A DNA stretch of 64,000 bases, from the NCBI GenBank assembly GCA_037142195.1, contig JBAXBA010000001.1:128001-192000 (forward strand). The letters run 5' to 3'. The stretch's first letter is position 1. Every line of letters begins with the position of its first letter. Positions 40,420-53,168 of this stretch are shown one piece after another. The DNA comes from Pseudomonadota bacterium. GTDB lineage: Bacteria > Bdellovibrionota_B > Oligoflexia > Oligoflexales > CAIMVM01. The notes beneath the pieces are model-generated. The model saw only the letters and a list, made by a program, of their open reading frames with translations. It was not told the DNA's origin and ran no database searches. Made by a program: the position numbers and the translations under genes.

Positions 40420-41358
40420 CTAGCGCAACTTTGACCCCACCAAACCCAAAATGCGTTCTAGCTCATTTGATGAAAAATAAGACAGCACGATGGTACCCCG
40501 AGTCCCGTTTCCGGTGAGTCTAACTTTCGTCCTAAGATGGGCGCGCAGGTTTTCAGCCAGGTGAAGAAGGTCGTTGGACTTTCTTGTATCATCCTGATTT
40601 TCTTTGGCTTTTTCACCTTTTTTGAAGGTTTTACATAACTGTTCCGTCTGGCGTACATTAAGCTCACGCTCCAAAACCAGCTTTCTGGCGGCCATTATTC
40701 TGTCCTTGGACTCTAGGCCGAGAAGGGCGCGCGCGTGCCCCATGGTGAGCTTCTTATTGATGAGGTCGTCCTGAACTTCAAGGGGAAGGCTCAAAAGTCG
40801 TAAGATATTGGTAATCGTCGGCCTCTCTTTACCTACAGCAAGAGCACAAGCCTCCTGGGTTAGCCCATGCTCTTTTATCAAAGCATCATAGGCCGCCGCT
40901 TCTTCTATGACATTCAAGTCTGAGCGCTGAATATTTTCGATGAGCGCAATGCGCAGATACTCTTCCGGATTGATTTCTTTCACAATCACGGGAATTTTCT
41001 TTATACCAGCAATCTTAGAAGCTCGAAGTCGTCGTTCGCCTGCTATGAGTATATATTGGTTGCCACTTCTAGACACAATCACGGGCTGTAGCACCCCGTC
41101 CTTGCGAATAGAATTCGCTAAGTCTTCTAGTTCTTGATTATTAAATTGTTTTCTTGGCTGATTAGGATTTGTGACAATAGTAGCCGGATCCAGCTCAATG
41201 ATGGCGCCCACCACTTGATTTCCGACTGAGGGCATTCCAGTATGTCCCATGGGTGGGTTAGAAACAAGATTCCCACTCGTATTTTGAGTCGCGCCTCCAA
41301 AAAGGGACTCGATTCCTTTTCCTAATCCGCCTTTTCTGCTTTTATCGATGGAAGTCAT
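40420..41358 (-). CDS. parB: Chromosome partitioning CTPase ParB/Spo0J
   Basis: GLGKGI N-terminal peptide, NPNQPRK.F, GVLQPV, IAGERRLRA, ALIENIQRSDLN, GHARALL. Confidence 0.97.
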   Translation of the reverse strand: MTSIDKSRKGGLGKGIESLFGGATQNTSGNLVSNPPMGHTGMPSVGNQVVGAIIELDPATIVTNPNQPRKQFNNQELEDLANSIRKDGVLQPVIVSRSGNQYILIAGERRLRASKIAGIKKIPVIVKEINPEEYLRIALIENIQRSDLNVIEEAAAYDALIKEHGLTQEACALAVGKERPTITNILRLLSLPLEVQDDLINKKLTMGHARALLGLESKDRIMAARKLVLERELNVRQTEQLCKTFKKGEKAKENQDDTRKSNDLLHLAENLRAHLRTKVRLTGNGTRGTIVLSYFSSNELERILGLVGSKLR

Positions 41359-42161
41359 TAGATGGACACCTCATTTGAAGTTGAGCGAGCAGCCCGCTTT
41401 TTATACTTTGCAACCACTGCCTTGGCTAATTCCATGTACGCCAGGGCCCCTTTGCTGGAAATATCATATAGAATCACTGGCTTTCCATGACTTGGTGCCT
41501 CAGAAACCTTGACACTTCTGGGGATAACCACTTCAAAAACCTGATTGCCAAAGTGTTTTCTCGCCTCATTTTCTACATCTCGGCTCAGTTTATTACGACG
41601 ATCATACATAGTCAGTAGAATGCCCTCTATAACTAAGGTGGGATTGATTCGCTGTTGAATCAGTCCGATGGTCTTCATAAGTTGTGTTAAGCCTTCTAAA
41701 GCATAGTATTCACACTGCAATGGAATCAGCACAGAGTGAGACGCGGCGAGGGCGTTGATCGTAAGAAGCCCTAAAGCTGGTGGGCAGTCCAATATGATAT
41801 AGTCATATACTGTTCCTACTTCTGCCAGGGCGTCACGAAGTCTCATTTCGCGGCCGATCATGGATACCAATTCCACTTCGGCGCCTATAAGATCTTGGGT
41901 TGCTGGAGCTATATCCAGATATTTCAGCTCGGTTTTTAGGATTATTTCTTTTATGGAAATTTCATCTACCATAACATTATAAATACTATGGCTGACATCC
42001 TGTTGATAAATGCCTAATCCACTGCAAGAGTTCGACTGGGGATCCATATCCACAAGTAAAACTTTTTTTTCTGCGGCGGCAAGTGAGGCCGACAGATTAA
42101 CTGCAGTAGTTGTTTTTCCAACCCCGCCCTTTTGGTTTGATATGGCGATTATCTGTGCCAT
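41358..42161 (-). CDS. parA: Chromosome partitioning ATPase ParA/Soj
   Basis: [48 protein letters not shown]; start at MAQII (ORF track 42185). Confidence 0.97.
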   Translation of the reverse strand: MAQIIAISNQKGGVGKTTTAVNLSASLAAAEKKVLLVDMDPQSNSCSGLGIYQQDVSHSIYNVMVDEISIKEIILKTELKYLDIAPATQDLIGAEVELVSMIGREMRLRDALAEVGTVYDYIILDCPPALGLLTINALAASHSVLIPLQCEYYALEGLTQLMKTIGLIQQRINPTLVIEGILLTMYDRRNKLSRDVENEARKHFGNQVFEVVIPRSVKVSEAPSHGKPVILYDISSKGALAYMELAKAVVAKYKKRAARSTSNEVSI

Positions 42162-42236
42162 TTGGTCACCCCTTTTCAAAAGCATGATTTTGTAATCTTG
42201 TTTATACTATGGACCCATTTATTGCAACTGAGTTCA

Positions 42237-42252
42237 TGTTCCACGTGGAACT
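42237..42252. promoter_or_regulatory. parS site 1
   Basis: TGTTCCACGTGGAACT versus consensus TGTTNCACGTGAAACA-type palindrome. Confidence 0.9.
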
Positions 42253-42323
42253 TTCACGTCCCGATGTTTAGATTTCGCTTTCTAGATCCCTTTTAGGAAA
42301 GGAAGACACGTCCAAGATGAAAA

Positions 42324-42339
42324 TGTTTCACGTGGAACA
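42324..42339. promoter_or_regulatory. parS site 2
   Basis: TGTTTCACGTGGAACA. Confidence 0.95.
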
Positions 42340-42439
42340 TTGGTAAGCATCTATCAAAAGCTTTCACTGGGCCATCAAATGTTCCCATTAAAAGATGAGA
42401 ACAACTCATATGCAGCAAAATTCGTTCTCTCCCCATAAA

Positions 42440-42455
42440 GGTTCCACGTGGAACA
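42440..42455. promoter_or_regulatory. parS site 3
   Basis: GGTTCCACGTGGAACA. Confidence 0.9.
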
Positions 42456-42589
42456 AGCCTCCCACACTTCCAACAATAGATTTTTTTGCGGGACCACAAA
42501 CTCCCTATCTAAGTCAAACCGAATCTCTTACTCCACAACCTCAATTTAAGGAAAATATCCCACAAAGAAGTTCTCTCTCTTTGGCTGAA

Positions 42590-42605
42590 GGTTCCACGTG
42601 GAACA
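42590..42605. promoter_or_regulatory. parS site 4
   Basis: GGTTCCACGTGGAACA. Confidence 0.9.
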
Positions 42606-42648
42606 TATGGGAGCGTCGTTCCCAGCGACAAAATTCTTCTTTCGCCGA

Positions 42649-42664
42649 TGTTCCACGTGGAACA
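42649..42664. promoter_or_regulatory. parS site 5
   Basis: TGTTCCACGTGGAACA, perfect palindrome. Confidence 0.95.
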
Positions 42665-42720
42665 TGGGTGAAAGATGTGCGGCTTTGAAAAAAATAGGCT
42701 TTTTCCATTCATCCCAACCT

Positions 42721-43040
42721 TAAAATACTAAAAATAGGACCGAAGTGTAACAAAATCTCTTAATACGGTTGTCGTACGGATGACATTAAGTATCATTTCA
42801 AAAAATATGAAATGAACTGGAAAAAATACGATGATTTTTGGAAAATTAACAATATTTTAGATAGATTTTGGATAATATCAGGAATTTTTAAATAATTTTT
42901 TGAAATTTAGCCGATTTTATCAGAAAAACATCAAATTTACTCAAAAAATCGGCGTTATTCTCGAATTTTGACCAATTATAGGATTTTTTCCATCATTTGG
43001 GTAAGAATTAATCTAATTTGCATGATTTGATTGATTTGCT
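42721..43040. other. AT-rich non-coding tract with A/T tracts phased at about 10 bp (predicted intrinsically curved DNA)
   Basis: In consecutive 10-mers the A(n)T(n) tract keeps the same register, e.g. gaaaattaac aatattttag atagattttg gataatatca ggaattttta aataattttt tgaaatttag ccgattttat. Confidence 0.7.
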
Positions 43041-43263
43041 TATTTATAGGGAAGTTCTTCATCCGGCCGTTTTTTTCGGCGGATATTGGCCTGAAGTCAG
43101 TGGGAAGTTCGGCTGATAGAGGACGCCTATTGAAAAAAATGACTCTTAAATATTTTAATGAAATTTAAGTTCGTGAACTTCTAACTGATGATAAATAGTT
43201 GGCAAGTGACAGAAGAATTGTCTGAAGACGTTGTTTGATGCAAAAAAAACGAAATTTGGACCC

Positions 43264-43306
43264 AAAAAAACCGGCGTGGCGAAATGAAATTCGCCTTACC
43301 GGTTCT
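43264..43306 (-). terminator. Intrinsic terminator downstream of atpE
   Basis: Minus strand AACCGGTAAGGCGAA-tttcat-TTCGCCACGCCGGTT followed by T run. Confidence 0.75.
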
Positions 43307-43371
43307 TAAGTCTTCTTATTTTCTCTTCTAGAAGGAGCTTTAAAAATAAAGCTCTAACCTATAATCAAACT

Positions 43372-43605
43372 CTAGAACTTGCCTACGAGCATGATAGCGA
43401 TAATGAAAGAAAGAATCGCTTGGAATTCCATAAATGCTAGACCTAGAAGGAAAGGAGTAAATACATCGTCTTTAGAAGATGGATTACGTGCGATTCCTTC
43501 AAATGCTGCTGCAGCTGCGCGTCCTTGGCCGCCAGCGGCACCGAAAGCTCCTAGACCAATAGCTAGACCTGCTGCTATGGCGATTAAACCTGCTTGTGAT
43601 TCCAT
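43372..43605 (-). CDS. atpE: ATP synthase Fo subunit c
   Basis: GLAIGLGAFGAAGGQG, loop ARNP, conserved Glu in GLAFME. Confidence 0.96.
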   Translation of the reverse strand: MESQAGLIAIAAGLAIGLGAFGAAGGQGRAAAAAFEGIARNPSSKDDVFTPFLLGLAFMEFQAILSFIIAIMLVGKF

Positions 43606-43636
43606 GATAAACTCCTTTAAAAATTAAACACACTGA

Positions 43637-44416
43637 TTAATGATCGTGCGAAACCGCCATTGAAATATAAATCGCTGAAAGCAGGGTAAAAATAAAACTT
43701 TGAACAAAGGCTACAAGAAGCCCAAAAAACATAAGAAGAGAGGGAACTACCACATAAGTAAGGCCAGTAAATACACCTACAAGCATGTGATCGCCAAAGA
43801 TATTACCCATTAAGCGAAGACTTAAAGAAACTGGTCTGAAACTGTGGGAAATAAGCTCAATTACAAACATTACGGGAAACAACCACCAAACGGGTCCCCC
43901 AAAATGGGCCAGATAACTTTTTATGCCCTGGGCTTTAACTCCGAAAATGTTGTAAGTAAAAAATACGATCAGCCCCATAGCCAAGTTTGTGCTCATACTT
44001 TCAGTGGCAGGAGGAAAACCTGGAACTAAGCCCAAAAGATTATTGAATAGAATGAAGAAAAACAGGGTTCCTACCAAGGGCAAAAAAGTTTTGTAGCTCT
44101 CGCCTATCAAATCTTTCGTTAAATCAGTAACAAAGCCTGCAATCAACTCAATAAATACAACTAGACCAAATCGATCTGAAGGAACCGGATTCGCCATAGC
44201 TGAATTTACATAGGACCGAAAAGAAAGTCCCAAAATTGCTAAAATCAAGGTTACAAAAAGAGCTCCCACTGCAGGAGAAAGGACAGATTCCATTCCTAAC
44301 TGATGAGCAGTTATCTCAAAATAGTTAATAAAATGAGGAATTCCAGCTGCTTGAGCATGGCCAGCAAAAATAAAACCTAACCCTATACTTAGTAAAGAAA
44401 ATAGAACTTTTTTCAT
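43637..44416 (-). CDS. atpB: ATP synthase Fo subunit a
   Basis: NLLGLVPG, IELISH..RPVSLSLRLMGNIFGDH, VQSFIF.LL..IY; start at MKKVL (ORF track 44458). Confidence 0.97.
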   Translation of the reverse strand: MKKVLFSLLSIGLGFIFAGHAQAAGIPHFINYFEITAHQLGMESVLSPAVGALFVTLILAILGLSFRSYVNSAMANPVPSDRFGLVVFIELIAGFVTDLTKDLIGESYKTFLPLVGTLFFFILFNNLLGLVPGFPPATESMSTNLAMGLIVFFTYNIFGVKAQGIKSYLAHFGGPVWWLFPVMFVIELISHSFRPVSLSLRLMGNIFGDHMLVGVFTGLTYVVVPSLLMFFGLLVAFVQSFIFTLLSAIYISMAVSHDH

Positions 44417-44482
44417 TACAAAACCCTTAAAAATTAGCGCGCCAAATAAATACACCAAAAAATCTACTTTTAATAGAAAATT

Positions 44483-44845
44483 TTATAGATTTTCCTTTAG
44501 GTCCCGGAGACAATAGTAAAACCAGCCTAAAGAAATCAGGCCGCCTAGGACTAGGCCCCAGGGTGTGGCCAAGTATTTTAAGCCTACCGCTATATAGAAG
44601 ATTTCCCAGCTTAGTTTCCCAGATATCGTAGCCATTCCCCGAATTCCCGAAAAAAACCTCGCTTGGCTTTTCTTATTTAAGAAACTGCTGCCCAAAATAT
44701 AGAGAAACTCAAAAACCACTCCGCCGCCTAATAGGCCCCACCAAATGCCGTGTTTAGAACTAAAATAGGTTTCCAGGCCATAAATCGTAAGAGTGCCAAC
44801 TAAAACGCCGACAACGTATTGGATATTTTGGCGGCTTCTATTCAC
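44483..44845 (-). CDS. Probable ATP synthase protein I (AtpI-like membrane protein)
   Basis: 120 aa, about four hydrophobic segments, directly upstream of atpB. Confidence 0.55.
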   Translation of the reverse strand: MNRSRQNIQYVVGVLVGTLTIYGLETYFSSKHGIWWGLLGGGVVFEFLYILGSSFLNKKSQARFFSGIRGMATISGKLSWEIFYIAVGLKYLATPWGLVLGGLISLGWFYYCLRDLKENL

Positions 44846-45063
44846 TTCTTTTCCTTATTTAACATGAATCTTATGACTGTATAGAAAGTATGCACAATAA
44901 TAAGAAGTGATAGGGGCATAATAACCATAAGCCAGCTTTGCGACCAGGGATGCTTCTTATCTAGCTCCTTCCCTAACCAATAGCCACCCATAATTAACGT
45001 TGCCGCTTGAACTTGTGCCGATAAAAAATACATGAACCCGCGAACGTTTCGATCTAATGCCAC
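44842..45063 (-). CDS. AtpZ/AtpI-family small membrane protein
   Basis: GGYWLGKELDKKH..W matches the G..lG..lD...g..P pattern; first gene of the Fo operon. Confidence 0.7.
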   Translation of the reverse strand: MALDRNVRGFMYFLSAQVQAATLIMGGYWLGKELDKKHPWSQSWLMVIMPLSLLIIVHTFYTVIRFMLNKEKK

Positions 45064-45205
45064 AATCTGCCTCTCAGTCGTATTGCAAAGCTGACACCCT
45101 AATAAATGGACACTCAGCAGTCCCTATGATACCCTTCACCACCAAATTGAAACTCCAAAACCCAAGTCTCTTTTATGAGGCGTTTATCTATAAACGAGAT
45201 TCCGT

Positions 45206-46609
45206 ATGAACAACTGGTTTCCTGAACAAAATCAAAAGCCTCCTACGCGCCCTACTCCCGACTTATTTACGGCTTGGCAGCAAATTGCCGACTTTATAAA
45301 ACAACGCGTGGATTCGGAAGTTCATGATTCCCTATTGCAACCTATTAAAATCACAACCGTAGTTGATCAAGACGAAATTATTGCTCATGTGCCAAATAGT
45401 GTGTTTTATCAACGTTTTTTAGATGAAGTCTTCCCTCTCATCAATGATGCAAAGGTACTCCTTGGCTTTCAGAATATAAATATTCGCCTTAATGTGGAAC
45501 AGTTGTCTTCCGTTTATCAACAGATCTCCACATCGATTGAAAACGCTCCCAAAGCAAACCATAACAAAAGTATCTCTAATAAGTCAGGATTAAATCCAAA
45601 TTATACCTTTGATTCTTTTGTAAGAGGTCCCTCTAACCAGTTTGCGTTCGCAGCGAGCCTCAACGTTTCCGATAATCCCGGACAAGCTTATAATCCAATG
45701 TTTATTTATAGTCAGCCTGGCCTTGGAAAAACTCACCTTCTGCATGCAATTGGCAATCGCATCTTAGAAAAGAACCCCAATGCGGTTGTCACTGTTACAA
45801 CGGCTGATACCTTTTTAAATGAAATGATCTATTGCCTTAGACATAATAAAATGCATGAAATGAGGCAAAAATACAGAAATTGTGACGCTCTTTTGGTGGA
45901 TGATATTCAATTTCTTTCGGGCAATAAACAAGCGACACAAGAAGAGTTCTTTCATACATTCAACGCCCTCCATGGTGAGAAGCGACAAATCGTCATTACG
46001 TCTGATAAATTCCCCCATGAAATTCCAGATCTGGAAGAGCGTCTTCGCACTCGTTTTCAATGGGGTCTCATTGCCGACATTCAACCGCCTGATTTTGAAC
46101 ACCGTGTAGCCATTTTGTATAATAAGGCAGAACAAATTGGCATCAAGCTCACACAGGATGTTGCGGAGTTTATTGCTAGCAAGGTTAAAAAGAATGTCAG
46201 GGAACTTGAAGGTACCCTACATCGCATTGCTGGGTACTCTAGAATAGAAGGCCGCATTATTTCAAAAGAGTTGGCGGCAGATATCCTTTCCGCCATCGTC
46301 GGTGACAATACACAAAGACTTACGGCTGAGGTTATTATGAAAATAGTAGCCGATTACTATAATCTTAAAATTCCGGATCTTAAATCCAAACGCCGTCACC
46401 AAAATCTAACCATGCCTAGACAAATTGCCATGTATATGACGCGCAATCATTTAAGCTCCTCCTTTCCCGAGATTGGCGAGAAATTTGGTGGCAAAGACCA
46501 TACGACCGTTATGCATGCTGTAAAGAAGATCACTCTCAATCTTAAAACGGACCCTGATTTAAGAAGCCAAATTGAAAATCTTGAACGCAACCTTGAGCAA
46601 TATAAATAG
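45206..46609 (+). CDS. dnaA: Chromosomal replication initiator DnaA
   Basis: LNPNYTFDSFV.G.SN, YNPMFIY, GLGKTHL, DDIQF, QEEFFHTFN, RELEG, PRQIAMY, FGGKDHTTVMHA. Confidence 0.99.
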   Translation: MNNWFPEQNQKPPTRPTPDLFTAWQQIADFIKQRVDSEVHDSLLQPIKITTVVDQDEIIAHVPNSVFYQRFLDEVFPLINDAKVLLGFQNINIRLNVEQLSSVYQQISTSIENAPKANHNKSISNKSGLNPNYTFDSFVRGPSNQFAFAASLNVSDNPGQAYNPMFIYSQPGLGKTHLLHAIGNRILEKNPNAVVTVTTADTFLNEMIYCLRHNKMHEMRQKYRNCDALLVDDIQFLSGNKQATQEEFFHTFNALHGEKRQIVITSDKFPHEIPDLEERLRTRFQWGLIADIQPPDFEHRVAILYNKAEQIGIKLTQDVAEFIASKVKKNVRELEGTLHRIAGYSRIEGRIISKELAADILSAIVGDNTQRLTAEVIMKIVADYYNLKIPDLKSKRRHQNLTMPRQIAMYMTRNHLSSSFPEIGEKFGGKDHTTVMHAVKKITLNLKTDPDLRSQIENLERNLEQYK

Positions 46610-46928
46610 GCCTCTACTGAGCAGATCCTAAAAAGACCTGTGGATAACGTGTTTAATTCTCTCTTGAGAACTAGTGGACAGATTGGGATTAGAGCTGGGA
46701 CAAAAATATGACTAAAAAAAGGGCTGTGGATGAAAGGTGAGTTATCAAGAATTCATTCCCTATTAACCAACAGAGTGCGCACAGGGCTTTTCATGATTAA
46801 TCATAATTATAATAGTAACTTATGTAGTTATCCCCAGAATTTCTTGATCCCTACTACTACTACTATTAAAGAAATAATGAATCCTTAATTAAATAGGGAA
46901 AAAACAAAACTCAACAGGAGATGTCAAT
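46610..46928. other. Replication origin oriC (dnaA-dnaN intergenic)
   Basis: DnaA boxes TGTGGATAA (46639-46647, perfect), TGTGGATGA (46725-46733), TTATCCCCA (46828-46836); (CTA)5TTA trio run 46851-46868; AT-rich tract beyond. Confidence 0.88.
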
Positions 46929-48053
46929 ATGTTGGTTACTGTAAACCGCGAAGATTTCCAAACGGCTGTAACTCGCTTGCAAGGACCCCTAACTGATAAA
47001 AATGTCGGGCATGTTGGAATCAAGACGGAAGGCAATCGTCTTATCCTAACGGCGAGCGATAAAATATTAACGATTATTTGTGAAATTAACTCCAACACCA
47101 TAAGACAAGGCATTGTTTTTCTACCAGGAAAGCTTCTCACCGATGTGGTTAGAGAACTTCCAGTGGGTGATGTCACCTTGGAATCCAATGAGAGTGCTGT
47201 GATAGTTACTGCGGGTGAAAAGTCACATTTTACTATGAAACTTCCCCAAATAAAAAATTTGGCATGGCCAGTAATCGATCGGCCGACTCAATTGTCAACA
47301 GCCATCGTTTCTGCTGAACGTTTTAAATATATGATTGAGCAGGTTTTATTTACCATCGCTACCGATAGCCCGCACCCTTATGGAGGTGTAGGTTATTTAC
47401 ACAAACCCACATCGCAATTGGTGCGCCTTGTAGGTACCGACGGCTTTAGGTTGTCATACTGCGAAGTCAATCTCGACAATCTTCCAGAAGACTTTTTAAA
47501 AGCAGGCCTTTGTTTGTCGAAACGAGCTCTTTTAGAACTCCAAAAAATTTGTTCTGAGGGGTTTGAAACCGTCAGCTTGTCTATTTCAGAAGATCAAAAG
47601 ACATTTATCACCGAGGTTCCAGGATATTTCGTCTTCCATCGCCTCATTAAGGTTAATTATCCGAACTATCAGGGCGTCATTCCCACCGCTCCCGCTCAGA
47701 CTATAAGTCTGCCACGAGCAAGTTTGCAGTCTATGGCCAGACGTGTGCTCCTTGCTGCAGACAAAAGTAAGGCACTCAATTTGAATTTTGAACCTGAAAG
47801 GCTTACTCTGGCCTCGCACACAGCAGGCGAGTCAGAGGGTAAAGAAACATTAGGAATTGATGATTATAATGGTCCCAGCTGCAATTTGTCCCTAAATGGA
47901 AGATATTTGCATGACATTGTTTCTTCTACAGGCAGCGCCCAACTTTTGATCTGCTTTAATGCGCCGGATCAACCTGTAATGCTTGCGCCGGCCGTAGAGC
48001 CCATTGCCTGTAAGTCCAAGCATGTTTTGGTTCCCATGAAAGAAACTCACTAA
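46929..48053 (+). CDS. dnaN: DNA polymerase III beta sliding clamp
   Basis: 374 aa after dnaA; LVGTDGFRLS, RLI..NYPNY..VIP, LNGRYL.D, VLVPM. Confidence 0.92.
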   Translation: MLVTVNREDFQTAVTRLQGPLTDKNVGHVGIKTEGNRLILTASDKILTIICEINSNTIRQGIVFLPGKLLTDVVRELPVGDVTLESNESAVIVTAGEKSHFTMKLPQIKNLAWPVIDRPTQLSTAIVSAERFKYMIEQVLFTIATDSPHPYGGVGYLHKPTSQLVRLVGTDGFRLSYCEVNLDNLPEDFLKAGLCLSKRALLELQKICSEGFETVSLSISEDQKTFITEVPGYFVFHRLIKVNYPNYQGVIPTAPAQTISLPRASLQSMARRVLLAADKSKALNLNFEPERLTLASHTAGESEGKETLGIDDYNGPSCNLSLNGRYLHDIVSSTGSAQLLICFNAPDQPVMLAPAVEPIACKSKHVLVPMKETH

Positions 48054-48065
48054 GAATAGAATTAA

Positions 48066-50594
<2,529 letters not shown>

Positions 50595-50611
50595 TTTAGT
50601 AGGAACCAAAA

Positions 50612-53098
50612 ATGACGCTAGCACTTATTCATCCTATTAAGATAGAGCAAGAAATTAAAACATCGTTTTTAAATTATTCGATGAGTGTAATTGTATCGCG
50701 TGCCCTGCCTGATGTTCGCGACGGACTCAAGCCTGTGCATCGAAGAATTCTGTTTGCTATGCATGATCTCAAAAACTATCACAATAAGCCTTATTTGAAA
50801 TCAGCCCGTATCGTCGGAGACGTGATTGGTAAGTATCACCCACACGGGGATTCTGCTGTTTATGATGCCTTAGTTCGTATGGCTCAGCCCTTTTCTTTAC
50901 GTTACCCTTTGGTCGACGGACAGGGGAACTTCGGATCTGTAGATGGTGACTCTGCAGCTGCTATGCGATATACGGAATCTAGAATGCATGAAATCTCCGA
51001 GTTTTTACTTGCAGACCTTGACCGCGGCACCGTAGATTTCGTACCTAACTATGACAATAAAGAAGAAGAGCCCACGGTTTTACCTTCTATGGTTCCGCAA
51101 CTCATTATTAATGGCGCAAGCGGGATTGCAGTTGGAATGGCCACCAATATTCCTCCACATAATTTGGGAGAAATCATTGATGGGCTTGAAGCCATCATAG
51201 CTAAGCCTGAAACCACAATCGATGAGTTGATGCTATTGATTCATGGGCCAGACTTCCCAACCGCCGCTGAGATTCATGGGGTATCTGGGATTCGCGATGC
51301 CTATTTAACGGGGCGCGGCTCTGTCGTGATGCGTTCTAAGGCCGTAATTGAGCAGACGAATAATCGTGATCATATCATATTTACAGAAATTCCATTCCAG
51401 GCAAACAAAGCAAGAATTATTGAAAAAATAGCGGAATTGGTTCAGGAAAAGAAAATCGAAGGAATTTCTGATATTCGCGATGAATCAGCTAAAGAAGAGA
51501 TTCGCATTGTAGTGGATATCAAACGCGGCGAATCAGCTGAAATTGTTTTAAATCATCTTTTTAAATTAACGCCTCTTCAAACCAGTTTTGGTGTGAATAT
51601 GGTGGCTTTGGTTAAAGGTCTGCCAAGGCTTCTTAATTTAAAGCAAGTTTTGGAAGAATTTTATCACCATCGACGTGAAGTTGTCGTCAGGCGAACCGCC
51701 TTTTTACTTGGTAAGGCCGAAGAACGCGCCCATATTTTACAGGGCTTAAAACTCGCGGTGGAAAATGTTGATGAAGTTGTAAAGATTATTCGAGCTTCCA
51801 GTGATTCCAGAATTGCCGGTGAGCAATTGATTGCAAGATTTGACTTTTCCGATGTTCAAGCTAAGGCCATTTTAGATCTTAGACTTGCCCGTTTGACAGG
51901 ATTAGAGCGAGAAAAGATAGTAGCTGAATATAATGCTGTGATGGTTGAAATAGCTGATTATAAGGATATTTTGGACAAGCCACTTAGAGTTACAGCGATT
52001 ATTTTAGACGAGCTAAAATTGGTAAGAGAAAAGTTTGCCGATAAACGCCGAACGGTGATTCTAGCAAGTGCTGCCGACCAGTTTACTATGGAAAGCTTAG
52101 TAGCCGACTTGCCAGTTGCGGTAACTGTGTCACATACCGGTTATGTGAAGAGAACTCCCCTAACGGAAATTCAGGCGCAGAAGCGGGGCGGTAAAGGCAA
52201 AGCCGGAATGTTGACCAAAGATGAAGATTTTGTGGAATCAATTTTCCATACGACGAATCATCAAAATATTCTTTGCTTCACCAATTTAGGACGGGTTTAT
52301 AACTTAAAAGTTTATGAAGTTCCCGAGGCCCCCATGCGGGCAAGGGGCAAGCATTTTGCGAATTTGGTACCCCTCCAGCCCAATGAGAGGGTAGTTCAGG
52401 TTCTTCCTATTTCTGAGTTTAAAGCTGGGCTTTCTTTAGCGTTTGTAACCCGAGAAGGCTACATTAAAAAGACTGAGCTCATGTCCTACTCTAATGTTCG
52501 TTCCAGCGGAATTATTGCCCTCACTTTAGAGGAAAATGACGCTTTGATGGGTGTTAGAATTGTTAAGGAAGATGATGATATATTGATCGCCACAAGTATG
52601 GGAAAAGCCATACGATTCCCTTCAAGTGATGTGAGAGATATGGGGCGATCGGCAAGGGGTGTTACGGGGATTCGCTTCTCTGAAGCTGACCGTGTGATTG
52701 GCCTTGATGTACTTTCCAAGGATCCTGGCACGTTTATTCTTTCCGTATCTGAAAACGGCTACGGAAAGCGCACCGAACTTGAGGAATATAGAACCCAATC
52801 TCGCGGCGGAAAAGGCATCTATACCATTAAAGTAACAGAAAAAAATGGACCTGTTGTCGGAATCGCTCAAGTCAAAGAAACGGACCATATTATGATGGTA
52901 ACCACGGCCGGAACTTTGATTCGAAGTAAGGTATCTGAAATCGGCGTCGTCGGGCGAAACACTCAAGGAGTTATCCTTATGCGGGTGTCAGAAGGTGAAA
53001 AAGTCAATGCTCTTAGCATGATACCTCCAGAAGAACTTTTTGCCGAAGGTGATGCCGCAAGCTCTAGCGAAGCTGCCGGGGATCCAGAAGACGAATAA
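50612..53098 (+). CDS. gyrA: DNA gyrase subunit A
   Basis: [30 protein letters not shown] (catalytic Tyr), GyrA-box QKRGGKG, acidic tail. Confidence 0.99.
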   Translation: MTLALIHPIKIEQEIKTSFLNYSMSVIVSRALPDVRDGLKPVHRRILFAMHDLKNYHNKPYLKSARIVGDVIGKYHPHGDSAVYDALVRMAQPFSLRYPLVDGQGNFGSVDGDSAAAMRYTESRMHEISEFLLADLDRGTVDFVPNYDNKEEEPTVLPSMVPQLIINGASGIAVGMATNIPPHNLGEIIDGLEAIIAKPETTIDELMLLIHGPDFPTAAEIHGVSGIRDAYLTGRGSVVMRSKAVIEQTNNRDHIIFTEIPFQANKARIIEKIAELVQEKKIEGISDIRDESAKEEIRIVVDIKRGESAEIVLNHLFKLTPLQTSFGVNMVALVKGLPRLLNLKQVLEEFYHHRREVVVRRTAFLLGKAEERAHILQGLKLAVENVDEVVKIIRASSDSRIAGEQLIARFDFSDVQAKAILDLRLARLTGLEREKIVAEYNAVMVEIADYKDILDKPLRVTAIILDELKLVREKFADKRRTVILASAADQFTMESLVADLPVAVTVSHTGYVKRTPLTEIQAQKRGGKGKAGMLTKDEDFVESIFHTTNHQNILCFTNLGRVYNLKVYEVPEAPMRARGKHFANLVPLQPNERVVQVLPISEFKAGLSLAFVTREGYIKKTELMSYSNVRSSGIIALTLEENDALMGVRIVKEDDDILIATSMGKAIRFPSSDVRDMGRSARGVTGIRFSEADRVIGLDVLSKDPGTFILSVSENGYGKRTELEEYRTQSRGGKGIYTIKVTEKNGPVVGIAQVKETDHIMMVTTAGTLIRSKVSEIGVVGRNTQGVILMRVSEGEKVNALSMIPPEELFAEGDAASSSEAAGDPEDE

Positions 53099-53168
53099 GA
53101 GCTGCTGTTGATAAACCTGGGGATAGTCCGTGTAAACACCAGAAGATTGTCGATATAAGCTTGTATTA

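Noticed and set aside
42237..42664. CRISPR array interpretation of the repeated palindromes
   Set aside because: Repeats are only 16 bp, spacing is irregular (59-150 bp), they match parS, parAB is adjacent and no cas genes are present
42293..42712. Short ORFs 42293-42499, 42395-42688, 42509-42712
   Set aside because: Their recurring peptides (VPRGT, STWN, FHVKH) are simply translations of parS palindromes; no RBS or family features
42700..43260. AT-rich block as alternative oriC
   Set aside because: No convincing DnaA boxes here, whereas the dnaA-dnaN spacer has boxes, trios and an AT-rich tract
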